Assembly: GCF_024502345.1 (NCBI RefSeq)
Contig: NZ_JALDNN010000001.1
From: Escherichia coli
Lineage (GTDB): Bacteria; Pseudomonadota; Gammaproteobacteria; Enterobacterales; Enterobacteriaceae
Strand: one strand, 5' to 3'
Length of the DNA stretch: 64,000 nucleotides
Position 1 is the stretch's first letter. Every line of letters starts with the position of its first letter. Positions 43,162 through 57,365 of this stretch are shown here, in pieces. The notes beneath the pieces were generated by a model that saw only the letters and a program-made list of their open reading frames with translations, had not been told where the DNA came from and made no database searches. The translations under genes and the position numbers were made by a program.

Positions 43162-44934
43162 ATGCGTACAGAATATTGTGGACAGCTCCGTTTGTCCCAC
43201 GTGGGGCAGCAGGTGACTCTGTGTGGTTGGGTCAACCGTCGTCGTGATCTTGGTAGCCTGATCTTCATCGATATGCGCGACCGCGAAGGTATCGTGCAGG
43301 TATTTTTCGATCCGGATCGTGCGGACGCGTTAAAGCTGGCCTCTGAACTGCGTAATGAGTTCTGCATTCAGGTCACGGGCACCGTACGTGCGCGTGACGA
43401 AAAAAATATTAACCGCGATATGGCGACCGGCGAAATCGAAGTGCTGGCGTCCTCGCTGACTATCATCAACCGCGCAGATGTTCTGCCGCTTGACTCTAAC
43501 CACGTCAACACCGAAGAAGCGCGTCTGAAATACCGCTACCTCGACCTGCGTCGCCCGGAAATGGCTCAGCGCCTGAAAACCCGCGCTAAAATCACCAGCC
43601 TGGTGCGCCGTTTTATGGATGACCACGGCTTCCTCGACATCGAAACTCCGATGCTGACCAAAGCCACGCCGGAAGGCGCGCGTGACTACCTGGTGCCTTC
43701 TCGTGTGCACAAAGGTAAATTCTACGCGCTGCCACAATCCCCGCAGTTGTTCAAACAGCTGCTGATGATGTCCGGCTTTGACCGCTACTATCAGATCGTT
43801 AAATGCTTCCGTGACGAAGACCTGCGCGCTGATCGTCAGCCTGAATTTACTCAGATCGATGTGGAAACTTCTTTCATGACCGCGCCGCAAGTGCGTGAAG
43901 TGATGGAAGCGCTGGTGCGCCATCTGTGGCTGGAAGTGAAGGGCGTGGATCTGGGCGATTTCCCGGTAATGACCTTTGCGGAAGCCGAACGCCGTTATGG
44001 TTCTGATAAACCGGATCTGCGTAACCCGATGGAACTGACCGACGTTGCTGATCTGCTGAAATCTGTTGAGTTTGCAGTATTTGCAGGTCCGGCGAACGAT
44101 CCGAAAGGTCGCGTTGCCGCTCTGCGTGTTCCGGGTGGCGCATCGCTGACCCGTAAGCAGATCGACGAATACGGTAACTTCGTTAAAATCTACGGCGCGA
44201 AAGGTCTGGCTTACATCAAAGTTAACGAACGCGCGAAAGGTCTGGAAGGTATCAACAGCCCGGTAGCGAAGTTCCTTAATGCTGAAATCATCGAAGCCAT
44301 CCTGGATCGTACTGCCGCGCAAGATGGCGATATGATTTTCTTCGGTGCCGACAACAAGAAAATTGTTGCCGACGCGATGGGCGCACTGCGCCTGAAAGTG
44401 GGTAAAGACCTTGGTCTGACCGACGAAAGCAAATGGGCACCGCTGTGGGTTATCGACTTCCCGATGTTTGAAGACGACGGTGAAGGCGGCCTGACGGCAA
44501 TGCACCATCCGTTCACCTCACCGAAAGACATGACGGCTGCAGAGCTGAAAGCTGCACCGGAAAATGCGGTGGCGAACGCTTACGATATGGTCATCAATGG
44601 TTACGAAGTGGGCGGTGGTTCAGTACGTATCCATAATGGTGATATGCAGCAGACGGTGTTTGGTATTCTGGGTATCAACGAAGAGGAACAGCGCGAGAAA
44701 TTCGGCTTCCTGCTCGACGCCCTGAAATACGGTACTCCGCCGCACGCAGGTCTGGCATTCGGTCTTGACCGTCTGACCATGCTGCTGACCGGCACCGACA
44801 ATATCCGTGACGTTATCGCCTTCCCGAAAACCACGGCGGCAGCGTGTCTGATGACTGAAGCACCGAGCTTTGCTAACCCGACTGCACTGGCTGAGCTGAG
44901 CATTCAGGTTGTGAAGAAGGCTGAGAATAACTGA
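43162..44934 (+). CDS. aspS: Aspartate--tRNA ligase
   Basis: 590 aa. Confidence 0.97.
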
Positions 44935-45051
44935 TATGACTCAAATACACGAAATCATTCGCGTTGCATCGAGGCGGCAACTGAGTGAACTCCCATGAGC
45001 ATAGATAACTATGTGAATGGGATGAGCGAAGGCAGTCAACGAAGAGGCAGC

Positions 45052-45504
45052 GTGAAGGATAAAGTGTATAAGCGTCCCGTTTCGATCTTAGTGGTCATCT
45101 ACGCACAAGATACGAAACGGGTGCTGATGTTGCAGCGGCGTGATGACCCCGATTTCTGGCAGTCGGTAACCGGCAGCGTGGAAGAGGGTGAAACCGCGCC
45201 GCAAGCTGCCATGCGCGAAGTAAAGGAAGAGGTCACCATTGATGTTGTCGCCGAACAACTGACCTTAATTGACTGTCAGCGCACGGTAGAGTTTGAAATT
45301 TTTTCACATTTACGTCATCGCTATGCGCCGGGCGTGACGCGTAATACGGAATCATGGTTCTGTCTTGCGCTTCCGCACGAGCGGCAGATCGTTTTCACTG
45401 AACATCTGGCTTACAAGTGGCTTGATGCGCCTGCTGCGGCGGCGCTCACTAAGTCCTGGAGCAACCGGCAGGCGATTGAACAGTTTGTAATTAACGCTGC
45501 CTGA
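45052..45504 (+). CDS. nudB: Dihydroneopterin triphosphate diphosphatase NudB
   Basis: GTG start ([11 protein letters not shown]) gives 150 aa; Nudix box [21 protein letters not shown]. Confidence 0.9.
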
Positions 45505-45532
45505 ACAGGCAGGGCTATCTGGAGATATTTTT

Positions 45533-46273
45533 ATGGCAGGTCATAGTAAATGGGCCAACACCAGACATCGTAAAGCTGCGCAGGATGCTAAGCGCGGTAA
45601 AATCTTCACTAAAATCATTCGTGAGCTGGTAACCGCGGCTAAGCTGGGCGGTGGCGATCCGGACGCTAACCCGCGTCTGCGTGCAGCAATTGATAAAGCA
45701 CTGTCTAACAACATGACCCGCGACACACTGAACCGCGCAATTGCACGTGGTGTGGGCGGTGATGATGATGCAAACATGGAAACCATCATCTACGAAGGTT
45801 ACGGTCCTGGCGGCACGGCAATCATGATTGAATGTCTGTCTGACAACCGCAACCGTACCGTTGCTGAAGTGCGTCATGCATTCAGCAAATGTGGCGGTAA
45901 CCTCGGTACTGATGGTTCCGTAGCCTATCTGTTCAGCAAAAAAGGCGTGATCTCCTTCGAGAAAGGCGATGAAGACACCATCATGGAAGCAGCATTGGAA
46001 GCAGGTGCTGAAGACGTTGTGACCTATGATGACGGCGCGATTGATGTCTACACTGCATGGGAAGAAATGGGTAAAGTGCGCGACGCTCTGGAAGCGGCAG
46101 GTCTGAAAGCAGACAGCGCGGAAGTTTCCATGATCCCGTCCACCAAAGCTGATATGGATGCAGAAACCGCACCGAAACTGATGCGTCTGATCGATATGCT
46201 GGAAGATTGCGACGACGTGCAGGAAGTTTACCATAACGGTGAAATCTCTGATGAGGTTGCAGCGACTCTCTGA
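45533..46273 (+). CDS. yebC: YebC/PmpR-family transcriptional regulator
   Basis: 246 aa. Confidence 0.95.
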
Positions 46274-46307
46274 TTAGGCCTGCTAAACAGCAAAACGGAG
46301 ACGCGTG

Positions 46308-46829
46308 ATGGCTATTATTCTCGGCATTGACCCGGGTTCGCGCGTGACCGGCTATGGCGTCATCCGCCAGGTAGGCAGGCAACTGTCCTACCTGGGTAGC
46401 GGATGCATACGCACCAAGGTGGATGATTTACCGTCTCGTCTGAAGCTCATCTATGCGGGCGTGACGGAAATCATCACCCAGTTCCAGCCAGATTATTTCG
46501 CCATTGAACAAGTCTTTATGGCCAAAAATGCCGACTCGGCTCTGAAACTGGGGCAGGCGCGCGGCGTGGCGATTGTGGCGGCGGTGAATCAGGAATTGCC
46601 GGTATTTGAATACGCGGCACGTCAGGTAAAGCAAACGGTGGTAGGTATTGGTAGTGCCGAAAAAAGCCAGGTGCAGCATATGGTCCGCACCTTGCTGAAA
46701 CTGCCCGCTAATCCACAGGCGGATGCCGCCGATGCGCTGGCGATTGCCATCACCCACTGCCACGTTAGTCAGAATGCGATGCAGATGAGCGAATCGCGGC
46801 TGAACCTGGCGAGAGGGCGACTGCGTTAA
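46308..46829 (+). CDS. ruvC: Holliday junction resolvase RuvC
   Basis: Start [12 protein letters not shown] gives 173 aa. Confidence 0.96.
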
Positions 46830-46830
46830 G

Positions 46831-47433
46831 TTATACCGCCTCGGTCAGTTCCGGCTGAGGCGTTTCCACTCCCTCCGCATGAATCAACACCAAACCCGGA
46901 TGATGCCACAAACTGGCTGGCGTGACGGTTTTACGCTCCCACGGAATAGAACCCAGGAACCAGAATTTCCAGAAAGTGAGTTTTGCATTCGGATTGCTAT
47001 TTAACAATTCTCCAAACGTCTCTATTTCACCCACCGGAATACATAGCGCTTCTTTATAAATATCAAAAACAAATTTTGAACAGAACTGGCGCGAAGATTC
47101 GTATTTAAAACCGGTGTGGTAAAGTTTGCGTAGCCGGGAGGGAACCTGTTCAACAATTCGTTGTTTTTGTTGTTCTGTCAGCCCAGCGTCTAATCGCTTT
47201 ATAGCATAGCGTTGATTAGACGAACGTTTAATAAAACGAGATAGCGTGGTGATGGTTGAAAGGGGAACCCGGCTTTCTGCAACCAGGAAGTCTTCACCGT
47301 TATGACCGATAATGATCCCGACGTGATTACTCCAGCAATTTGATGCGGCTGATATTTGACCAAATAAGGCAGCACCTATACATGTAAAGACGATATCTCC
47401 AATTTCATATTCAGCAGGGTAATTAATATTCAC
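46831..47433 (-). CDS. yebB: DUF830 protein YebB
   Basis: 200 aa. Confidence 0.88.
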   Translation of the reverse strand: MNINYPAEYEIGDIVFTCIGAALFGQISAASNCWSNHVGIIIGHNGEDFLVAESRVPLSTITTLSRFIKRSSNQRYAIKRLDAGLTEQQKQRIVEQVPSRLRKLYHTGFKYESSRQFCSKFVFDIYKEALCIPVGEIETFGELLNSNPNAKLTFWKFWFLGSIPWERKTVTPASLWHHPGLVLIHAEGVETPQPELTEAV

Positions 47434-47637
47434 GTTGTCATTCCATTGAAATAGATACGAATATACGTAATAGCATAAAAAATTATTTTTTCAGGAGGCG
47501 CAATGTATATTTTTATTACGCATTTCTTCACTGAATACGTAATATTTAAATATTTGCTTCCAATATAACCTGTAGAATAAATCATACTGCGCCATTTTTC
47601 AGTTCATCGAGACACCTCGCAAGTTTTCTTCATCCTT

Positions 47638-47657
47638 CGCTGGATATCTATCCAGCA
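47638..47657. promoter_or_regulatory. LexA (SOS) box upstream of ruvAB
   Basis: cgCTGgatatctatcCAGca, a CTG-N10-CAG motif about 50 nt upstream of ruvA. Confidence 0.8.
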
Positions 47658-47706
47658 TTTTTTTATCATACAGCATTATCTTTGATTCATTACGCAGGAG
47701 CGTCAT

Positions 47707-48318
47707 GTGATAGGCAGACTCAGAGGCATCATCATTGAAAAACAACCCCCGCTGGTGTTAATTGAAGTGGGCGGCGTAGGCTATGAAGTGCATATGCCGA
47801 TGACCTGTTTTTATGAACTCCCTGAAGCGGGTCAGGAAGCGATCGTTTTCACCCACTTTGTGGTGCGTGAAGACGCGCAACTGCTGTACGGTTTTAACAA
47901 TAAACAAGAGCGCACGTTGTTTAAAGAGTTAATCAAAACCAACGGCGTCGGCCCGAAGTTGGCGCTGGCGATCCTCTCCGGAATGTCAGCGCAGCAGTTC
48001 GTTAATGCCGTTGAACGTGAAGAAGTGGGAGCACTGGTGAAACTGCCGGGCATTGGTAAAAAAACCGCCGAGCGTTTAATTGTCGAAATGAAAGACCGAT
48101 TTAAAGGTTTGCACGGCGATCTCTTTACGCCAGCCGCCGATCTGGTGCTCACGTCACCTGCCAGCCCGGCGACCGACGATGCTGAACAGGAAGCGGTTGC
48201 CGCGCTGGTGGCGCTGGGCTATAAACCACAAGAAGCAAGCCGCATGGTGAGCAAAATCGCTCGCCCTGACGCCAGCAGTGAAACATTAATTCGCGAAGCC
48301 CTACGCGCCGCGTTATGA
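47707..48318 (+). CDS. ruvA: Holliday junction branch migration protein RuvA
   Basis: 203 aa; GTG start. Confidence 0.96.
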   Translation: MIGRLRGIIIEKQPPLVLIEVGGVGYEVHMPMTCFYELPEAGQEAIVFTHFVVREDAQLLYGFNNKQERTLFKELIKTNGVGPKLALAILSGMSAQQFVNAVEREEVGALVKLPGIGKKTAERLIVEMKDRFKGLHGDLFTPAADLVLTSPASPATDDAEQEAVAALVALGYKPQEASRMVSKIARPDASSETLIREALRAAL

Positions 48319-48323
48319 GGTAA

Positions 48324-49337
<1,014 letters not shown>

Positions 49338-49338
49338 G

Positions 49339-49468
49339 TCGGATTGGTCGCTCGCACCGCATCCGACATTGGCAGTGTGCCTGATGCGACGCTATTCGCG
49401 TCTTATCAGGCATATACCAGAGATAGCGAACCGTAGGTCGGAAAAGGCGCTCGCGCCGCATCCGACAT
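49339..49468. repeat. REP/BIME cluster (three palindromic units)
   Basis: gtcggattggtcgctcgcaccgcatccgac; gcctgatgcgacgctattcgcgtcttatcaggc; gtaggtcggaaaaggcgctcgcgccgcatccgac. Confidence 0.8.
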
Positions 49469-49480
49469 TTTAGGTTTAAA

Positions 49481-50266
49481 TTAACTGGCCTGTTTTTTCA
49501 TCATACTGATAATAAACAATAGTGCAGCACATAGTACTACCGACGGACCCGCCGGCGTATCGTAAAATGCGGAAAAGGTTAAACCGCCAGTCACTGCCAC
49601 CATCCCCACCAAAACAGCGACACCAGCCATCTGTTCCGGCGTGCGGGCAAAGCGACGCGCAGTAGCTGCAGGAATAATCAGCAACGAAGTAATAATCAAC
49701 GCACCGACAAATTTCATCGCTACACCAATCGTCAATGCCGTCACCAGCATCAACAACAATTTCACGCGCTGTAATTTCACACCATCAACAAACGCCAGAT
49801 CCGGGCTAATCGTCATCGACAGCAAATTGCGCCATTGCCAGAACAAAATAGCCACCACGATGACCACGCCAATTGCAATAGAGATGAGATCTTCTGGCGT
49901 CACTGCCAGTAAATCACCGAACAGGTAAGCCATCAAATCAACACGAATGTTAGACATCAGACTAACGACCACCAGGCCCAGCGACAGGGCACTGTGCGCC
50001 ATAATCCCTAATAACGTGTCGATCGCCAGCTGTGGACGCTTCTCCAGCCATACCAGACCGCCCGCCAGCAGCAGCGTAACGGCAATTACCGCATAGAATG
50101 GATTCACGTCCAGCAACAAACCAAACGCGACACCAAGTAATGAGGCATGAGCCAGCGTATCACCGAAATAAGACATACGACGCCAGACTACAAACGAACC
50201 CAGCGGACCCGCGGCACAGGCGAGCATGATCCCGGCTAACCAACCGGGAAATAATAATTCAATCAT
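49481..50266 (-). CDS. znuB: Zinc ABC transporter permease ZnuB
   Basis: 261 aa. Confidence 0.95.
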
Positions 50267-51018
50267 GAGCGATCATTTCCCCGACGCAAAACAATTCGTC
50301 CCTGTAAATCGTGACGATGATTATGATGATGGCGATAGATACCCAGTTGTTCAGCACCACGAGGACCAAACATTGAAATAAACTCCGGATGCAGGGAAAC
50401 AACTTCCGGTGTGCCGGAACAACAAATGTGGTGATTCAGGCACAGCACTTCATCGGTTTTTGCCATCACCAGATGCAGATCGTGAGAAACCATTAAAACG
50501 CCACAATCCAGTTCACGACGCAGTTGGTCAATAAGGTCATATAACGCCACCTGACCATTTACATCCACGCCTTGAGTGGGTTCATCCAGCACTAATAATT
50601 GCGGGCGATTTAACAATGCTCGCGCTAACAGTACACGCTGCGTTTCGCCACCAGAGAGCTTTTGCATCGGTGCGTTAATCAGGTGCCCGGCCTGGACACG
50701 TTTCAGTGCAGGCAAAATATCTTCTTTATGTGTACCAGGGCGTAAGCGTAAAAAACGGTTTACGGTCAGTGGCAACGTGGTGTCGAGATACAGCTTCTGC
50801 GGTACATAGCCGATGCGCAGTTTTCCGTTGCGCTTGATAACCCCTTCATCGGGTGTTACCAGCCCGAGCACTACCCGTACCAGTGTCGACTTACCTGCGC
50901 CATTTGGCCCAAGTAAAGTCAAAATTTTTCCAGGTTTAAGTTCCAGCGACACATCAGAGAGGACGCGGCGTTGGCCAAAAGAAACCGAGACATTTTCCAG
51001 GGAAACCAGACTTGTCAT
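50263..51018 (-). CDS. znuC: Zinc ABC transporter ATPase ZnuC
   Basis: 251 aa; Walker [10 protein letters not shown]; 4-nt overlap with znuB. Confidence 0.95.
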
Positions 51019-51042
51019 GTTAATTTTAGTCTTGCAGTAGTC

Positions 51043-51065
51043 ATGAAATGTTATAATATCACACT
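51043..51065. promoter_or_regulatory. Zur box in the divergent znuA / znuCB promoter region
   Basis: tgaaatgttataatatcacactt, near-palindromic around GAAATGTTATAATATCACA. Confidence 0.8.
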
Positions 51066-51096
51066 TCTCATATTCATTACGATGATTGGTCGCATT

Positions 51097-52029
51097 ATGT
51101 TACATAAAAAAACGCTTCTTTTCGCAGCATTATCCGCCGCTCTCTGGGGAGGTGCAACACAGGCCGCAGATGCCGCCGTTGTCGCTTCGCTTAAACCCGT
51201 TGGGTTCATCGCTTCTGCCATTGCTGATGGGGTAACAGAAACGGAGGTTTTACTTCCTGACGGCGCTTCAGAACATGATTATTCACTGCGTCCATCGGAT
51301 GTAAAACGCTTACAGAACGCGGACTTAGTCGTTTGGGTTGGCCCGGAGATGGAAGCGTTTATGCAAAAACCGGTAAGCAAATTACCAGAAGCGAAGCAGG
51401 TAACGATTGCGCAGCTTGAAGATGTGAAACCGCTACTGATGAAAAGTATTCACGGCGATGATGATGATCACGACCACGCGGAAAAAAGTGACGAAGATCA
51501 CCATCACGGCGATTTCAACATGCATCTTTGGCTTTCCCCAGAGATAGCGCGGGCTACAGCGGTTGCAATCCATGGAAAATTAGTGGAACTTATGCCGCAA
51601 AGTCGAGCCAAACTTGACGCCAACCTGAAGGATTTTGAGGCACAATTAGCCTCAACCGAAACGCAGGTTGGTAACGAGCTCGCGCCGCTCAAGGGGAAAG
51701 GTTATTTCGTTTTTCACGATGCTTACGGCTATTTCGAAAAACAGTTCGGACTGACACCGCTTGGTCATTTTACCGTTAACCCTGAGATTCAACCTGGCGC
51801 GCAGCGTTTACATGAAATAAGAACACAGTTGGTTGAGCAAAAAGCAACCTGCGTTTTTGCTGAGCCACAGTTCAGGCCAGCGGTCGTTGAGAGCGTCGCA
51901 CGAGGGACATCCGTTCGTATGGGAACGTTGGATCCCCTGGGGACGAATATCAAACTGGGTAAAACAAGCTATTCAGAATTCCTGAGTCAATTAGCCAACC
52001 AGTATGCGAGCTGCCTGAAAGGAGATTAA
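51097..52029 (+). CDS. znuA: Zinc ABC transporter periplasmic binding protein ZnuA
   Basis: Internal start [12 protein letters not shown] gives 310 aa; His-rich loop [19 protein letters not shown]; the track ORF is extended to 352 aa. Confidence 0.95.
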
Positions 52030-52044
52030 TGAGGAAGTGATTAC

Positions 52045-53367
52045 GTGCAACAGATAGCCCGCTCTGTCGCCCTGGCGTTTAATAATTTACCGCGACCACA
52101 CCGCGTTATGTTGGGGTCGCTCACCGTTCTTACTCTGGCCGTCGCTGTCTGGCGGCCCTATGTTTATCACCGCGATGCCACGCCAATTGTCAAAACCATT
52201 GAGCTGGAACAGAACGAAATTCGTTCGCTCTTGCCTGAAGCCAGTGAGCCGATTGATCAAGCTGCACAAGAAGATGAAGCCATTCCCCAGGACGAACTGG
52301 ATGACAAAATCGCCGGTGAAGCGGGCGTGCATGAATATGTTGTTTCCACTGGCGATACGCTAAGCAGCATTCTCAATCAGTATGGTATTGATATGGGTGA
52401 TATCACCCAACTGGCTGCGGCCGACAAAGAATTGCGTAACCTGAAAATCGGTCAACAACTCTCCTGGACATTAACCGCGGACGGCGAACTGCAGCGCCTC
52501 ACCTGGGAAGTGTCTCGTCGTGAAACCCGAACCTATGACCGTACTGCCGCTAACGGTTTTAAAATGACCAGCGAAATGCAGCAAGGAGAGTGGGTTAACA
52601 ATCTGCTGAAAGGTACCGTCGGGGGGAGCTTTGTTGCCAGCGCCAGAAACGCCGGTTTAACCAGCGCCGAAGTGAGCGCAGTGATTAAAGCCATGCAGTG
52701 GCAAATGGATTTCCGCAAACTGAAAAAAGGCGATGAATTTGCGGTATTAATGTCTCGAGAAATGCTTGATGGTAAACGTGAGCAAAGCCAGCTGCTGGGC
52801 GTACGTTTGCGTTCAGAAGGTAAAGATTATTACGCTATCCGCGCTGAAGATGGCAAATTCTACGATCGTAACGGTACTGGTCTGGCGAAAGGATTCTTGC
52901 GATTCCCGACGGCGAAACAGTTCCGTATCTCGTCTAACTTTAACCCGCGTCGTACTAATCCGGTGACCGGTCGCGTTGCACCACACAGAGGTGTTGATTT
53001 CGCCATGCCGCAGGGTACGCCAGTGCTTTCAGTGGGTGACGGTGAAGTGGTGGTTGCCAAACGCAGTGGCGCAGCAGGTTATTATGTGGCTATTCGTCAT
53101 GGTCGCAGCTACACCACGCGTTATATGCACTTGCGCAAGATTCTGGTGAAACCGGGACAGAAGGTGAAACGTGGCGACCGTATCGCGCTTTCCGGTAATA
53201 CCGGACGTTCAACCGGGCCGCATCTGCACTATGAAGTATGGATAAACCAGCAGGCCGTAAACCCGCTGACGGCAAAACTGCCGCGTACCGAAGGGCTGAC
53301 CGGCTCCGATCGTCGCGAATTCCTGGCGCAGGCCAAAGAGATTGTGCCGCAGCTACGGTTTGATTAA
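52045..53367 (+). CDS. mepM: Murein DD-endopeptidase MepM (YebA); LysM plus M23 peptidase
   Basis: 440 aa; GTG start. Confidence 0.93.
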
Positions 53368-53486
53368 TTAACATCCATTCGCAGCCGGTACGCAGTCAGT
53401 ACCGGCTTTTTTTATTTGGTGCGGGGCAAGTTGCGCCGCTACACTATCACCAGATTGATTTTTGCCTTATCCGAAACTGGAAAAGC

Positions 53487-54458
53487 ATGGAAACGAAAAA
53501 AAATAATAGCGAATACATTCCTGAGTTTGATAAATCCTTTCGCCACCCGCGCTACTGGGGAGCATGGCTGGGCGTAGCAGCGATGGCGGGTATCGCTTTA
53601 ACGCCGCCAAAGTTCCGTGATCCCATTCTGGCACGGCTGGGACGTTTTGCCGGACGACTGGGAAAAAGCTCACGCCGTCGTGCGTTAATCAATCTGTCGC
53701 TCTGCTTTCCAGAACGTAGTGAAGCTGAACGCGAAGCGATTGTTGATGAGATGTTTGCCACCGCGCCGCAAGCGATGGCAATGATGGCTGAGTTGGCAAT
53801 ACGCGGGCCGGAGAAAATTCAGCCGCGCGTTGACTGGCAAGGGCTGGAGATCATCGAAGAGATGCGGCGTAATAACGAGAAAGTTATCTTTCTGGTGCCG
53901 CACGGTTGGGCCGTCGATATTCCTGCCATGCTGATGGCCTCGCAAGGGCAGAAAATGGCAGCGATGTTCCATAATCAGGGCAACCCGGTTTTTGATTATG
54001 TCTGGAACACGGTGCGTCGTCGCTTTGGCGGTCGTCTGCATGCGAGAAATGACGGTATTAAACCATTCATCCAGTCGGTACGTCAGGGGTACTGGGGATA
54101 TTATTTACCCGATCAGGATCATGGCCCAGAGCACAGCGAATTTGTGGATTTCTTTGCCACCTATAAAGCGACGTTGCCCGCGATTGGTCGTTTGATGAAA
54201 GTGTGCCGTGCGCGCGTTGTACCGCTGTTTCCGATTTATGATGGCAAGACGCATCGTCTGACGATTCAGGTGCGCCCACCGATGGATGATCTGTTAGAGG
54301 CGGATGATCATACGATTGCGCGGCGGATGAATGAAGAAGTCGAGATTTTTGTTGGTCCGCGACCAGAACAATACACCTGGATACTAAAATTGCTGAAAAC
54401 TCGCAAACCGGGCGAAATCCAGCCGTATAAGCGCAAAGATCTTTATCCCATCAAATAA
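53487..54458 (+). CDS. lpxM: Lipid A myristoyltransferase LpxM (MsbB)
   Basis: 323 aa. Confidence 0.95.
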
Positions 54459-54545
54459 AAAAGCCTCTCGCGAGGAGAGGCCTTCGCCTGATGATAAGTT
54501 CAAGTTTGCTTCAGAATATTCGAAATCTGTTGAACTATCATTGAA

Positions 54546-54585
54546 CTGTAGGCCGGATGTGGCGTTTTCGCCGCATCCGGCAACG
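54546..54585. repeat. REP element
   Basis: ctgtaggccggatgtggcgttttcgccgcatccggcaacg. Confidence 0.75.
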
Positions 54586-54588
54586 TAC

Positions 54589-56031
54589 TTACTCTACCGT
54601 TAAAATACGCGTGGTATTAGTAGAACCCACGGTACTCATCACGTCGCCCTGGGTGACAATCACCAGGTCACCAGACATCAAGTAACCTTTATCGCGCAGC
54701 AGATTAACCGCTTCGCTGGCAGCTGCTACGCCGTCATTAGCGCTATCAAAGTGCACCGGCGTAACGCCACGATAGAGAGCAGTCAGGTTCAGCGTACGTT
54801 CATGGCGCGACATGGCGAAAATTGGTAGACCAGAGCTGATACGGGAGGTCATCAGCGCGGTACGACCCGATTCGGTCATGGTAATGATCGCCGTAACGCC
54901 TTTCAGGTGGTTAGCTGCGTACATTGCTGACATGGCAATAGCTTCTTCCACATTGTCGAACTGAACGTCCAGACGGTGTTTAGAAACGTTGATGCTCGGG
55001 ATTTTTTCCGCACCCAGGCAAACGCGCGCCATGGCTGCAACAGTTTCTGACGGATACTGCCCAGCGGCAGTTTCTGCAGACAGCATCACAGCGTCAGTAC
55101 CATCCAGAACGGCGTTTGCTACGTCCATGACTTCTGCACGCGTCGGCATCGGGTTAGTAATCATTGACTCCATCATCTGGGTCGCCGTGATTACCGCGCG
55201 GTTAAGCTGACGTGCACGACGGATCAACGCTTTCTGAATGCCGACCAGTTCCGGGTCGCCAATTTCCACACCGAGGTCGCCACGTGCAACCATTACCACG
55301 TCAGAGGCGAGGATGATGTCATCCATTGCATCCTGGCTGCAAACGGCTTCCGCACGTTCAACCTTGGCAACAATTTTCGCATCACATCCTGCATCGCGTG
55401 CCAGGCGACGGGCATAGTTCAGATCTTCGCCACAGCGTGGGAAGGAGACAGCCAGGTAATCTACGCCAATCAACGCCGCAGTCTTAATGTCTGCTTTGTC
55501 TTTTTCGGTCAGCGCTTCAGCCGACAAACCGCCGCCAAGTTTGTTGATACCTTTATTGTTGGAGAGGGGACCACCGACGGTGACTTCGGTGAACACTTTC
55601 ATGCCCTGAACTTCCAGTACTTTTAACTGGACGCGACCATCGTCCAGCAGCAGGATGTCGCCAGGCACAACGTCAGCAGGCAGGCCTTTGTAGTCGATAC
55701 CGACTTTTTCTTTGTCGCCTTCACCTTTACCCAGGTTGGCGTCGAGCAGGAATTTATCCCCAATATTGAGGAAAACTTTGCCTTCTTTAAAGGTGGATAC
55801 ACGGATTTTGGGCCCCTGGAGGTCACCCAGAATAGCCACATGACGCCCCAGTTTTGCGGCAATCTCACGAACTTTATCCGCGCGCATTTTGTGATCTTCA
55901 GGCGAGCCGTGAGAAAAGTTCATACGTACAACGTTGGCACCCGCCGCGATAACTTTTTCAAGGTTATTATCGCGATCTGTTGCTGGGCCTAACGTGGTAA
56001 CGATTTTTGTTCTGCGAAGCCTTCTGGACAT
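54589..56031 (-). CDS. pykA: Pyruvate kinase II
   Basis: Internal start [16 protein letters not shown] gives 480 aa; the track ORF is extended by 47 aa. Confidence 0.95.
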
Positions 56032-56158
56032 GTAATACTCCGTTGACTGAAACAACCAGGTGTTGCTTGAACATGAAATCCGAATGAAATAACGCCGCGA
56101 TGGCGATAAATTAATCTCATTCGGATGTCGTATAAGATTAGGACAGTGACAGTCGCTT

Positions 56159-57028
56159 TTAGCGATCGTCACTTAAATTAAGTAACTGCTTATCAAAACG
56201 CGATTCCTTCAGCGCTTCCTTGACCCGCTTCAAGTTATCTCTGAATTTTGCACCGCGCCGCAAAGTAAATCCTGTCGCCAGCACATCTATCACGGTCAGC
56301 TGTGCAAGTCGAGAAACCATGGGCATATAAATGTCAGTATCTTCCGGTACGTCGAGGGTAATTGCCAGCGTTGCTTCCCGGGCGAGCGGGGTACCCGCAG
56401 AGGTGAGGGCAATCACCATAGCGTCGTTTTCGCGTGCCAGCTGCGCCAGCTCGACCAGATTTTTTGTTCTTCCGGTGTGAGAAATCAGCACCACCACGTC
56501 TCCGTCGCTACAATTCATACAACTCATGCGTTGCAGCACAATATCATCGGAGTACACCACCGGAACATTAAAACGAAAGAACTTATTCATCGCATCGTGG
56601 GCAACGGCGGCTGAAGAGCCTAATCCGAAAAAGGCGATTTTTTTTGCCTGAGTGAGCAAGTCGACGGCGCGGTTGATGGCAGATTTATCCAGTGAATGAC
56701 GGACATGATCGAGCGTTGCCATTGCGGACTCAAATATTTTCCCCGTGTATGATTCAACGCTGTCATCTTCATTGACGTTGCGATTAACATAGGGAGTGCC
56801 ATTCGCCAGACTTTGTGCCAGATGAAGTTTAAAATCAGGAAAACCGCGCGTGTCCATGCTGCGACAGAAACGATTCACCGTCGGTTCGCTAACATTGGCT
56901 TCCAGCGCCAGAGCAGCAATACTCGAATGGATCGCGTTATCGGGCGAAGCCAGAATGACCTCGGCAACTTTGCGCTCCGATTTGCTCAAATGTTCCAGCT
57001 GAGACTGGATTTTTTCCAGCATATTCAT
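56159..57028 (-). CDS. hexR: RpiR-family transcriptional repressor HexR
   Basis: 289 aa; HTH plus SIS domain. Confidence 0.94.
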
Positions 57029-57365
57029 GATGTAAAGAGACTCACGGGTAATGACGATTTCCGCACTGAAAGAAATCGAAATGCAGTTTTGTCAGATATT
57101 ACGCCTGTGTGCTGTGTTAATGACAAAAGCAGATAAAAAAGTTGTTATTTTTTTTCATAACATGATCAGTGTCAGATTTTTACCCAATGGAAAACGATGA
57201 TTTTTTTATCAGTTTTGCCGCACTTTACGCGCTTTTACCGTAATCGCACGGGTGGATAAGCGTTTACAGTTTTCGCAAGCTCGTAAAAGCAGTACAGTGC
57301 ACCGTAAGAAAATTACAAGTATACCCTGGCTTAAGTACCGGGTTAGTTAACTTAAGGAGAATGAC

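Noticed and set aside
43330-44508. 392-aa track ORF on the minus strand
   Set aside because: Antisense within aspS; interpreted as a stop-free frame caused by codon bias.
45515-46234. 239-aa track ORF on the minus strand
   Set aside because: Antisense within yebC; Cys/His-rich low-complexity translation typical of non-coding frames.
54589-56172. Track ORF extended to 527 aa for pykA, with similar N-terminal extensions for znuA, yecN, yecD, tar, cheZ, flhA, araF, araG, nudB and ftnA
   Set aside because: The extensions lack an RBS, run into neighbouring genes or promoters, and exceed the known protein lengths; internal starts were used.
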